From NCBI GenBank assembly GCA_038243585.1, contig JBBSQY010000057.1, positions 1-19,810 on the forward strand: 19,810 nt of DNA. Direction: 5' to 3'. A program made the translations under genes and the position numbers. The stretch is from Candidatus Sumerlaeales bacterium. GTDB lineage: Bacteria; Sumerlaeota; Sumerlaeia; Sumerlaeales; Sumerlaeaceae. Below the pieces are notes generated by a model. It ran no database searches. It was not told the origin of the DNA and saw nothing but the letters and a program-made list of their open reading frames with translations. This document shows, piece after piece, positions 9,105 to 17,541 of this stretch (positions within the stretch are counted from its first letter, which is position 1; each line of letters opens with the position of its first letter).

Positions 9105-10298
9105 CTATTCCCACTTAATGGCATCGGCTACTACTACGAAACCGGCGGTCGTCCAGCAGGACAGGCGAACCTGGTTGCTACCGGCGGTCATGGGATAGGT
9201 ACCGAGCAGTTGCCAGGAACCACCATTCATCTGTTGGTTCTTTTGCACTGTTGTGGATCCTGATGAATTTGTCACAGTGTAAGAGGCGCTGGCGGCACGA
9301 TTTGAGCCCTGGCTCCACCATGCATAAACCTTATAAGATTTAGTGGTAGGGAGGTTTGCAGTCCATACAGCTAAATCGCTGACGGCCTGGGTGCTGCGGA
9401 AACGGTAATCGGCACCGTATTTATCAGTCCCCGAGGTGCCGGTCAACCAAGCGCTGGAGGCCGAGAACCCAGCACTGTTATTGTCTACAATTATTGGACC
9501 TGACGGTGGAGTAGTCACTGCCTTAGCTACCCAGTTATTTACCAGAGTAGTTACGCTACCATTGAACACATCTTTATCGCAAGCTCCGCTAACTCCAGGC
9601 ACGGAGCCGGCGTCGGTGTATTGCCAGAAGTGCCAGGTGCCCCAATGATTGCAACTTGAGCAGGCGCTCCAGGGATTTCCGGTGCTTGAACTCTGACCAT
9701 TATAGTTTGCAATGAAGGCACCCCATTGTGAGATGCCACCATCGAAATTGCACATAAAGCACGCGCTTGAGTAGATGATTGGCTTGACCGTAACGCCCTG
9801 GGCTGCGGCTTTGGCAATAACGCGGTTGCACCACTTATTTGCCCAGTCGGTATAACTGGTCGCGCCCATGTGACCGGTCCAAGCTTCCATGTCAAGCAGC
9901 GGCATTAACGATTTGCCGTCGGCTTTGATATGAGGGCCAGCCAGACTCCAGAAGTAGTCTGCCTGAACTTCCGGGGTGGTTTCCGCAGGGAAAGCGAAAT
10001 GGTAGGCGGCCATGTAAACTCCGGCGGACTTGCCGTTGTTCATGTTTGCTACGAAATTGTCGTTGGGAGAAGTCATACCGCGGGTGGCCTGTGCGAAGGC
10101 GTAGCGGACACCAGAATTCCGGACGCTAGTCCAGTTTATTGATCCCTGCCAGCGGGAAACGTCAATGCCGGGAGTCCGGGTCTGAGCACTAGCTTGATTG
10201 ACTCCGAAGCATAAAGTCAAAGCGGCAACTGCCAATATTCCTAGAACTGCACCAAACCTTATTCGGGTGCGTCCGTTGTTGCTGAAGCGTTTGTTCAT
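9105..10298 (-). CDS. Secreted GH25 muramidase (lysozyme) with C-terminal golvesin/xanthan-lyase-C-like beta-sandwich module
   Basis: GGAGG RBS and signal peptide (..NQASA|QT). Catalytic motifs GIDVSRWQG, AYHFA, LDME (DxE) and WQYT..G.VPGV.G..D.D. A TTPPSGP linker leads to IIVDN...Y.VYAWW...NGGSW..LG.Y...VVADAIK. Ends TAG TGA. Confidence 0.9.
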   Translation of the reverse strand: MNKRFSNNGRTRIRFGAVLGILAVAALTLCFGVNQASAQTRTPGIDVSRWQGSINWTSVRNSGVRYAFAQATRGMTSPNDNFVANMNNGKSAGVYMAAYHFAFPAETTPEVQADYFWSLAGPHIKADGKSLMPLLDMEAWTGHMGATSYTDWANKWCNRVIAKAAAQGVTVKPIIYSSACFMCNFDGGISQWGAFIANYNGQSSSTGNPWSACSSCNHWGTWHFWQYTDAGSVPGVSGACDKDVFNGSVTTLVNNWVAKAVTTPPSGPIIVDNNSAGFSASSAWLTGTSGTDKYGADYRFRSTQAVSDLAVWTANLPTTKSYKVYAWWSQGSNRAASASYTVTNSSGSTTVQKNQQMNGGSWQLLGTYPMTAGSNQVRLSCWTTAGFVVVADAIKWE

Positions 10299-10565
10299 GG
10301 CTTATTCGCCTCCAATTGGCGATAGTCTTGGGTGGGTGCGGAAACACGCTAGTATGTGACGGAATGGAGTGTGCAGCTTTGCGAAAGTTACTTGTCGGTA
10401 GCCTCCCACCTGGTCAGATTCTGAGAATCGAAAGTTTGTTCTGGAGATGGAACAGAGTAGCTACTGAGAGTCGGCTTTTTTCAATAAGTTTAAAACACAA
10501 CGGCAAGCTGAACAACAGGGATTTGTCAACCGAATAAGACTATGAAATTGCTAATAAACTGCTAT

Positions 10566-12725
10566 TTAATCCTTGGTCTTGGTTTCGCCAATCTCAGACA
10601 GCATCTCCTGCTGAATGACGCCCCACTTGGGACTAATCCGATGGGACGCGAGTAAGTCCCATAACGTCTCATTTCTTTGGCGAAGACCCAGTACGGTTCC
10701 TATCCATGTGTGTCCCCACCCTGTCTCGGCACACCACGGCCCCCAGCCGATGTCGCCTGCGCTTGCCCAGTAATCCCATCGATCAAAATCAAAGGCGCGC
10801 AGCCAGGCACCTGCCAGGTATGGGTGTTTGGCCGACTGCACCTGGATGCGAACGAGGTATTCTGCAAGACGGTCTTCGGCTTCTTTGAGGTAACCATCTC
10901 CGGTCACTGCGGCAGCTTCGTGTAACCCAAGGAGTGCAAATCCGCTTGTGTAGAGCTGGTCGCTGACTGGATCTCCGTTTTGCTGGAGCAACGGTGATTC
11001 GCCGGTTCCGTATGTCTCGTTTGACTGGGGTACCTGGTAATGTCCGCCGCCAGTGCCGGCCAGTCGGTCTGCGATAGCCCCGCATGGCTGCATATTTTTT
11101 AAAAGATCGTCGGCTATCGTTGCCAGCCATTCGCGATGTTGTGGAGTATCTTCGATTCGGACCATCCATGCCATTGTAAACAGCATTCGCGATCTCTCGT
11201 TGCTGTCTTGCCAGCGCCAACCTTGCGGATAGGCAGACATCATGCGGTGCACGCCTTCTCGGGTTCGCTCTAGGAATGGCCTGTACCCGGTCTGCTGGTA
11301 CGCGGCCAGGTAACAGTTCCATAGCCAGGCTTCAAAATTTGGCGCAAAGTTTTCTGGTTCGCTATCGTAGAAATGTTTCCACCCCAGCGCTGCCAGTTGG
11401 GGATTATCAATGCGGTCTCCACGAAACCCTTTGCGCCCTGTTGTGCGGAAGTTTGCTGCAACGGCACGCAGAAGCGGCTCGTCCCATTCTGTCGTATTGA
11501 GAAGCGCGGCGGCCGCCCAAGTACCTAAAATAGTTCGGGCGTTATCGTCTCCATAGTTTGCGACTTCCCATGCAGGCGCAACAGCCCCCCAGCTTATCAA
11601 ACCGTATGCGCCATGGAGTGGATCTGCCCGTACTCCCCCGGTCATTCCTGACGAGCCGTAGGTGTAATTCAGCAGATTATGGGAAATAGAGGAATGGCGG
11701 GAATTACTGGAAACTGCGGAATCCATTGCCAGCAACATGGCGCTCTCAGCCTGGCAGTCTGCCCGCAGAGAAAGACATTGGCGCTGGGTTCCGTCGTGGT
11801 CGATTTGTGATGCGAAACCCTCCAATATTCCCAAAGACCCATCGCCCGAATTATCGCCGGGATCAGGTAATGCGATATTCTGTGCTCCCGACCGCAACTG
11901 CTCTAGTACCTCGGGCTGGCGCTTTGCTGAAACTAACAGTCGGGAATCAGTAAGCCAGCTTGAAGCAGCCTGCAACGCCTGGAGTTCTGAGTTCACACGC
12001 AACTTATCATCTCGTCGGTATGCCGGGCGGACGGCGGGCGTCCAGTGCAGTTCAGGGACCGGCGCGCCCGCCAGGTGCGACAGTATCCCCTTCCATAACT
12101 CCCCCCAGGCATCTGAGGGTCCATATCGGCCAACGATGAAGTTACTAAGGCCTGTAGTTGCCACCAATGCATTCCACTCCGGAACCTCATACAATAACGG
12201 TTGGGCAGAGGATGGCAACCCGAATAGAGCGTGGTCAAATCCTGCGACGCGTGCGATTGATAGTAACGGATGTGACGAAGTTGTCGGCAGATATTTTGCC
12301 CCCGAGACAGAGAGGATCTGTAACGGACGAAGTTTGGGAAACAATGTGGATGTCGTCAGGACGGCACGTTCCCAGGTTGTTGTTTTCAGCGAATCGAAAG
12401 TGTTTCCCGGCACTTTCTCTGGAAATTCCAAGTAAAGGCGCAACTGCTTTGTTAACGAGCGCTCAAGGGCAGCATCGTCTGCGTTTGTTCGCTGGTGCGG
12501 GTAGTTATCCGCGAGCAGCAGGACCCCGGAACCTTCGGGAGCAATGTTAACTGCATCGTGAAAAGTTTCGGTGCGACGAACTTTTATCCCGCTTGCAACC
12601 ATTGCTCGATACAGTTCGTGATCATCCTTACAGCATACCGTAAGCGAAGGACTTGTTTCAGCCGCTAACGAGCATATTGGGATCATACCGAGACACAGGA
12701 AAATAAACGCATTAAGCAGTCGCAT
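10566..12725 (-). CDS. Secreted hypothetical protein, 719 aa, possibly with a C-terminal (alpha/alpha) barrel glycoside-hydrolase-like domain
   Basis: Long ORF with a signal peptide (MRLLNAFIFLCLGMIPICSLA|AE). The C-terminal half is helical and Trp-rich, with YGDDNAR, ERSRML, DQLYT and GAWLRAFD..W.YW..GWGPW..ETGW. The fold is inferred. Confidence 0.75.
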   Translation of the reverse strand: MRLLNAFIFLCLGMIPICSLAAETSPSLTVCCKDDHELYRAMVASGIKVRRTETFHDAVNIAPEGSGVLLLADNYPHQRTNADDAALERSLTKQLRLYLEFPEKVPGNTFDSLKTTTWERAVLTTSTLFPKLRPLQILSVSGAKYLPTTSSHPLLSIARVAGFDHALFGLPSSAQPLLYEVPEWNALVATTGLSNFIVGRYGPSDAWGELWKGILSHLAGAPVPELHWTPAVRPAYRRDDKLRVNSELQALQAASSWLTDSRLLVSAKRQPEVLEQLRSGAQNIALPDPGDNSGDGSLGILEGFASQIDHDGTQRQCLSLRADCQAESAMLLAMDSAVSSNSRHSSISHNLLNYTYGSSGMTGGVRADPLHGAYGLISWGAVAPAWEVANYGDDNARTILGTWAAAALLNTTEWDEPLLRAVAANFRTTGRKGFRGDRIDNPQLAALGWKHFYDSEPENFAPNFEAWLWNCYLAAYQQTGYRPFLERTREGVHRMMSAYPQGWRWQDSNERSRMLFTMAWMVRIEDTPQHREWLATIADDLLKNMQPCGAIADRLAGTGGGHYQVPQSNETYGTGESPLLQQNGDPVSDQLYTSGFALLGLHEAAAVTGDGYLKEAEDRLAEYLVRIQVQSAKHPYLAGAWLRAFDFDRWDYWASAGDIGWGPWCAETGWGHTWIGTVLGLRQRNETLWDLLASHRISPKWGVIQQEMLSEIGETKTKD

Positions 12726-12841
12726 GAGTGTCCGCCGAGTTTCCGTCCAGAGCAGCGATTTGCGAGTTTAGAGTGCCCCAAAACAAGATGTAATTATCGC
12801 GAGTTGAAAACTTACTAGCCCTGTCTGTTCCGGCACTCAAA

Positions 12842-13471
12842 TCATCCAGCGATTCGGGCAATTTCTCCCCTGCTAAGTGTGCCGTTCGTGGCGTCATACG
12901 GGTGCACTGCCTTCGGAGTTTTACCGTCGAGAATATCAAACTGCTTATCTGGACCAAGGCTGTACATATACGCGAAATCCTTTCGGACTAAACGTGTACC
13001 GTCTGACAGTTCGGGGTACATCTGAAAATACGCAGGGTACGACGACACATTACTAGGATGAAGGTAATGATCCGGCCCCCAAGCGATAATGACCATATTA
13101 TCACGGTTTCCCTGTCCGGTTGCGTCACGGTTTTGTGAATGATTTATATCCGCGTTAAACGGATCGGGAAGAGCCATGTTAAGGTACGCGATCGGTGTCG
13201 TTAGATAGTTTGTAATCCACTTTCGAGTATACGTGGCGCTGGATCGATACGTAGGAGGTAATTTATTATGATCTATCCGATAGGTTGACATCGCGGTATC
13301 GAAAGTGCGAAGATCAGCGGCAACCCGAGAAATTTTTGCACGGGTTTGAGCTTCAAGAAAGTTGGGAACCGCAATGGCAGCTAATATGGCTATAATCGCG
13401 ACCACGATCAATAACTCGATCAGCGTAAAGCCGGCCCGGAATTGCCGTGTTAAAGACAACTTATTTTTCAT
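12842..13471 (-). CDS. Prepilin-type N-terminal cleavage/methylation domain protein (GspG/pilin-like)
   Basis: Basic leader followed by G|FTLIELLIVVAIIAILAAIAVPNF (class III signal, E at +5). Downstream motifs LTTPIAYL..DPF, YSLGPD and YDATNGT.S.G. Confidence 0.92.
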   Translation of the reverse strand: MKNKLSLTRQFRAGFTLIELLIVVAIIAILAAIAVPNFLEAQTRAKISRVAADLRTFDTAMSTYRIDHNKLPPTYRSSATYTRKWITNYLTTPIAYLNMALPDPFNADINHSQNRDATGQGNRDNMVIIAWGPDHYLHPSNVSSYPAYFQMYPELSDGTRLVRKDFAYMYSLGPDKQFDILDGKTPKAVHPYDATNGTLSRGEIARIAG

Positions 13472-13517
13472 ACCGACAGCCTTTTCTTAAAGTTACGCTT
13501 CTTGTTTCAGTGAACGG

Positions 13518-13545
13518 AAAAACCCTGGAGCCCTGAGGCTCCAGG
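13518..13545 (-). terminator. Intrinsic terminator or stabilising stem-loop between the amber-interrupted gene and the pilin-like gene
   Basis: 9-bp perfect stem CCTGGAGCC/GGCTCCAGG (13524-13532, 13537-13545), 4-nt loop, followed by GTTTTT on the minus strand. It begins 30 nt after the TAA at 13576. Confidence 0.75.
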
Positions 13546-13575
13546 TAGCATTATATGACAAGTATTTGTGATTAA

Positions 13576-14670
13576 TTAATACGAGTCCCATTTTGTAACT
13601 GAGGCCGGTATGCCGTAAGCAAAAATGGACGCTCCACCTGAACTGGTTGATGAGCCGCGCGTTACATATAGCTTGTCGCCAATAACAGTGGCATCAAAAG
13701 GAATAGCATGACCCGATATTACGGGATCTGCGGGATCATGGGAGACAGCCTACGCAAGAGTCAGACTGGTCCCGTTTTCAATGATATCCCATACCCTTAC
13801 CTGATGGCGGCTACCCGTGAACTCTGTGCTGGTCGTTGCGAGCTGATCACACGTTATTAATTGATGTTCCGCGGCATAGTAAAATCCATTTTGAATTGGA
13901 GAGACAGTGCCCGGGTTGTTAGCCCCGTCATCGATCAGGATCTTTTGAGTGATAACACCGCCACCGATTACAGGATCCACATTGTCAACATACGAGCGGA
14001 GCATGTCATTATTGGATTTGCCCGCACGAAGCGGATAAATCAACTTATTGACCGTATTGTACTGCAATTCCCGATAGTATAGCAGGGGTTCGGTTAGCTG
14101 GCTGCCCACCCGGCTACCACTAAAGTCGAAGTAATCTATCGTTGATCCAGTGCTAAAACCACTAGCGGCAACTAGTCCAGAACCCGCTTCACTAACAACT
14201 GCTACACCCGACCGACGGCCAGCATTGTTCGTTTCGATGTTACTTCTAAAGGCCGTGTCTTCCTGGTACGTGGTCGTTGCGCCAGATACAACGGGATTAA
14301 ACTTAAAGAGGCTACCCAAATAGCTGGAGCCTCCGGCGTTATCCGCGGCGGCAAAGAGTACACCACTGTTAGATACAGACAGCCCCTGAAACCCGCGGGT
14401 ACTAGTTAAAGGATAAGCGGCAATGACCGTACCAACATTTGTTGCCGCTGAGCCGATCTCGGCTGCCGGATTTTCTATGACGCGTACTTCGGAAGTTGCA
14501 GCTCGCAGCGTAGCATAAAAAAGCTGACCACTCGGCCCGGCAGCCACAGGAGCCGCTCCGCTCGCGACGGGGATTTTTCCCAAGTATTCTGTAAATTCTG
14601 CCGCGTGCAACGTCTCTGCTGTTGTGACTCCAATAACCGCACAAACCGCTATCAATATATTACATTTCAT
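13576..14670 (-). CDS. Secreted beta-rich (propeller-like) protein, 364 codons including one in-frame TAG at 13750-13752 (pseudogene, sequencing error or readthrough); WxxY tail
   Basis: GAGGAG RBS and signal peptide (..TLHA|AE). After ...SLTLA-TAG the frame continues AVSHDPADPVISGHAIPFDATVIGDKLYVTRGSSTSSGGASIFAYGIPASVTKWDSY-TAA and is followed by a terminator. Confidence 0.75.
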
Positions 14671-14880
14671 TAAGATCTCCTCTAACTATTTTTAAAGTTC
14701 CAGATTTAGTAATTTTAGCTGTTTCGGGACTAAATATGCTCTATATAATAATTGATGGCGACGTAACGGCAAGCAAATGCTGTATTATTAACGGCTGCCG
14801 GTCCCAAGTGGAGCAGGTTGTCTACAGGCGACTAGTCATCACTGTTAACATAACCCGTTCATAATTTGTTTCCTGCGATA

Positions 14881-17163
14881 TTAGTTCCCTGACCTGTCGG
14901 CAATCCACCGGCAGCTGATTACTTTTTCGACCAGGTCGAGCGGTAAATAATAGTAATGGTTCGACGCTTCAAATCCAATCCTTGAATCGGCTTTTGTCAG
15001 ACGGTAGAGGCGCTTGGCAAGCTCACATTCGTCATCAACGGCTTTGGTCATCCCGGTTATATCATTATTATCGCGGGCAGTGACGAAACTTGCCTGGTTC
15101 GCACAACTTGCGAAGTGAATTCCGGCAGCTTCTGCAAGTCCGATGTCGGATTCCAGAATCTTGAGATTTGCAAACGCGCATTTATCCAATGCCGTGCGTA
15201 ATTGAGTCATTGCGACTTCCCATCCTGTAGAAACCTTTTCAAACTGTTGTATCCATACTTTGGCAGAATAAGGTCCACACCATGATTTCAAATCATCGTA
15301 CGGAAAGCCTACCATCGTAGCACTGTAGCCGGTGGGCTTCGCATGGAGAAGGTTCGCGGGGCCCACCTGCTGGGGGGCGTTGTAGAGTACCTGGCCGTGG
15401 TATGGGAACTCCGCGAATGCGTTGCTGAAACCTGTCCACGCGACGCGAACCGCGGCTGCCGCATCTGAACCATACCTAGACCTCGCGACGCGATCAAGCG
15501 CTTCGTCTGCTGTGATGTCTGGTGTGTCTGCAATAAGTTGTGCTAATTGCAGATTGGGTGATGGATATCCGCCAAGCGACCAGCTTAACATCATCCCGTC
15601 GACTCCTGCTTTAGCGAGGTTGACGCAATGTTCAGCGACAAGATCCTCTACAGGCAGCCACGGAACCGCAGACAATTCCCACGAATTGTTTAATTGTACC
15701 TTGGCAATAGCACCCAGACCCCGCTCCTTGGCCAGCTTCCAGTGGCGCATCGCCCGTGGGCCTGGCCCCACTGCGGATACGGAATACTCCCCTACCGTGG
15801 TGTTGACACCCCCACGCGTCAGCGGCAAAGCCCATTCGCTAACAGACATCAGATCGACGCCGCCAGGCAACGCTGTGATGGTCTCCGGCGCATCGCCGTG
15901 CCCGTTCCAACCCCAGTCATAACAGATGACCCGAGCCTTTGGCGCACTTTGGCGTACGCCGTCGCGAATTGCCGTGTTTACCTCTGCTATTATACTAGCA
16001 GCAGTGCGTTTCGAGCATCGCGGACATTCCTTCTGCCGACCGTGTGAAGCACAGTTCGTCATATTTTCCGAAGCTGTTATTGTGAATACGCCACCCAAGT
16101 CAGGAGCTTCCCGGAATACGTGTGTCAGCGCATCGCGTACCCATCTGAGCACTTTCGGATCGGACGTACACATGGAGCGATAGTCGCCGTCTTTCACACC
16201 TTCCATATCCGGCCTGCTGGCAAAGAAAGAGGACGGCATGGAGCGAGGCTCATTAATATATAGAAAAACCTTAATACCGTACTGAGCGCAGCGCTGAGTA
16301 AGCAGACGAAGATTTCTTATCCGAATTTCGCTGTCTTTGCCAAACTCAGGAAAATCGACACCGCCCGGTGCCAGGTCGCGCAATACTGCGTGAAGCCAAA
16401 CTCCATTTACTCCCTGCTCCTGCAGTTGCGCGAGCAATCCGCTTGGATAGGGATCCAGATCTGCGTTGAGCAGCGGATCTCCAAACGGGGCAAAATATGA
16501 ATAGATAAATCTCAGACTTTCCGTTGTTGAGCAGGTAGCGGCTTTGCTGGTAGGTGGCACCTTTGCAAATTCTTTTAGAAATGCAAAACGCGACTCCCCT
16601 GGTTCTGATATTGTCGCGCCAAATTCCTTTTGTACCAGATCCCGGATTTGAGCAGCACGTTTGAGTTCTGTTGGACCAGGTTCGATATAGGTAACCGGGT
16701 CACATTTGGGTTTCAGGTTGCCGAGCTTTATAAAAAGAAAGTCGTCCTCGCGCAAACGCACTGCCAATTCCTCAGGGGTCATGTCAACCATCGTTAACAG
16801 TTGATCATAAGGAAGCAGATGCCAGTTGCGGCGGACAATAGAAATATACCCCCGCTCCTTAATATTTAATGGCACCGACTGCTGCGGTGGTAAACCCATT
16901 GAAGTCGCAATATCGCTAACCTGCTTTGGCGTTGCTTTTACGATTGAGGCAATTCGCTCTTTTGGAACAAGCTCCCAATTACGCCATACAACTGCGTGCA
17001 GACGCGATGGAAAGTGAGGGTCGGCAATTGCAGGAGGAGCCGCTCCGACAGGTAAATCAGTAACCCCATAGCATAGGGCCCCGGTGATTATAACAAGGGC
17101 ACCAATCAGGATCTGGAGCAAAGTACACAACTGTAAGATAAACATCTTTATATTCCCGTTCAT
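14881..17163 (-). CDS. Secreted hypothetical protein, 760 aa, probable TIM-barrel glycoside-hydrolase-like domain
   Basis: GGAG RBS and hydrophobic N-terminus. Alternating beta/alpha motifs GVNGVWLH, YGIKVFLYINEP, DLGGVFTITASE, VICYDWGW and GVDGMMLSW. Cys cluster CASH....ECPRC. Confidence 0.75.
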   Translation of the reverse strand: MNGNIKMFILQLCTLLQILIGALVIITGALCYGVTDLPVGAAPPAIADPHFPSRLHAVVWRNWELVPKERIASIVKATPKQVSDIATSMGLPPQQSVPLNIKERGYISIVRRNWHLLPYDQLLTMVDMTPEELAVRLREDDFLFIKLGNLKPKCDPVTYIEPGPTELKRAAQIRDLVQKEFGATISEPGESRFAFLKEFAKVPPTSKAATCSTTESLRFIYSYFAPFGDPLLNADLDPYPSGLLAQLQEQGVNGVWLHAVLRDLAPGGVDFPEFGKDSEIRIRNLRLLTQRCAQYGIKVFLYINEPRSMPSSFFASRPDMEGVKDGDYRSMCTSDPKVLRWVRDALTHVFREAPDLGGVFTITASENMTNCASHGRQKECPRCSKRTAASIIAEVNTAIRDGVRQSAPKARVICYDWGWNGHGDAPETITALPGGVDLMSVSEWALPLTRGGVNTTVGEYSVSAVGPGPRAMRHWKLAKERGLGAIAKVQLNNSWELSAVPWLPVEDLVAEHCVNLAKAGVDGMMLSWSLGGYPSPNLQLAQLIADTPDITADEALDRVARSRYGSDAAAAVRVAWTGFSNAFAEFPYHGQVLYNAPQQVGPANLLHAKPTGYSATMVGFPYDDLKSWCGPYSAKVWIQQFEKVSTGWEVAMTQLRTALDKCAFANLKILESDIGLAEAAGIHFASCANQASFVTARDNNDITGMTKAVDDECELAKRLYRLTKADSRIGFEASNHYYYLPLDLVEKVISCRWIADRSGN

Positions 17164-17541
17164 CCCGACTCCGTTTAATTTTTACAGCGTCGCAATAATA
17201 TAAGATGAGAAGTATCCCAAGATACATAAAGATACAGTGATTGCGCACGTTGGTAAGGCTACATGTTCACTGATCATCCCTCCGCAGTCGAGGGCCAATG
17301 ACACCCGACCGTAAAAGGAGGGGTTTCAATCTTATAACCAGGATTATTGACTGTCGATGCGACGTACCTAAGTAATCTAGCTAGATGTCCAACTTAATCA
17401 AATAGCTCCTGCTCATGCTACATTTACAGCTTACGTACTTGGATCTAATGAGAATCCTAAATGCTTACACAAGTTATTACGTTAAAGCTTGTATCCCCCT
17501 GACCAAAAAGTATGATTACTTAATTGCAAATCTCTTGAAAC

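Noticed and set aside
10299..10565. c-di-AMP or other riboswitch upstream of the muramidase
   Set aside because: I could not find the conserved ydaO/yuaA blocks or any convincing structure. A TTGACA is present but has no matching -10 at 16-18 nt. cmscan would settle this.
12777..12788. 12-mer CCCAAAACAAGA also present, inverted, upstream of DegT (about 8771-8782)
   Set aside because: The two copies have opposite orientation relative to their genes, and many 12-mer matches are expected by chance in 20 kb.
13750..13752. Genome-wide TAG reassignment (alternative genetic code)
   Set aside because: TAG ends the desulfurase-like gene (3653) and the GH25 gene (9105) at their expected C-termini, and no other long gene here is interrupted by TAG.
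10499..14774. GCTTGCCGTT (minus strand) upstream of both the GH25 gene and the 14670 gene
   Set aside because: It could be a -35 element (TTGCCG-16-TATTAT before 14670), but the GH25 copy lacks a correctly spaced -10 and a 10-mer match is within chance.
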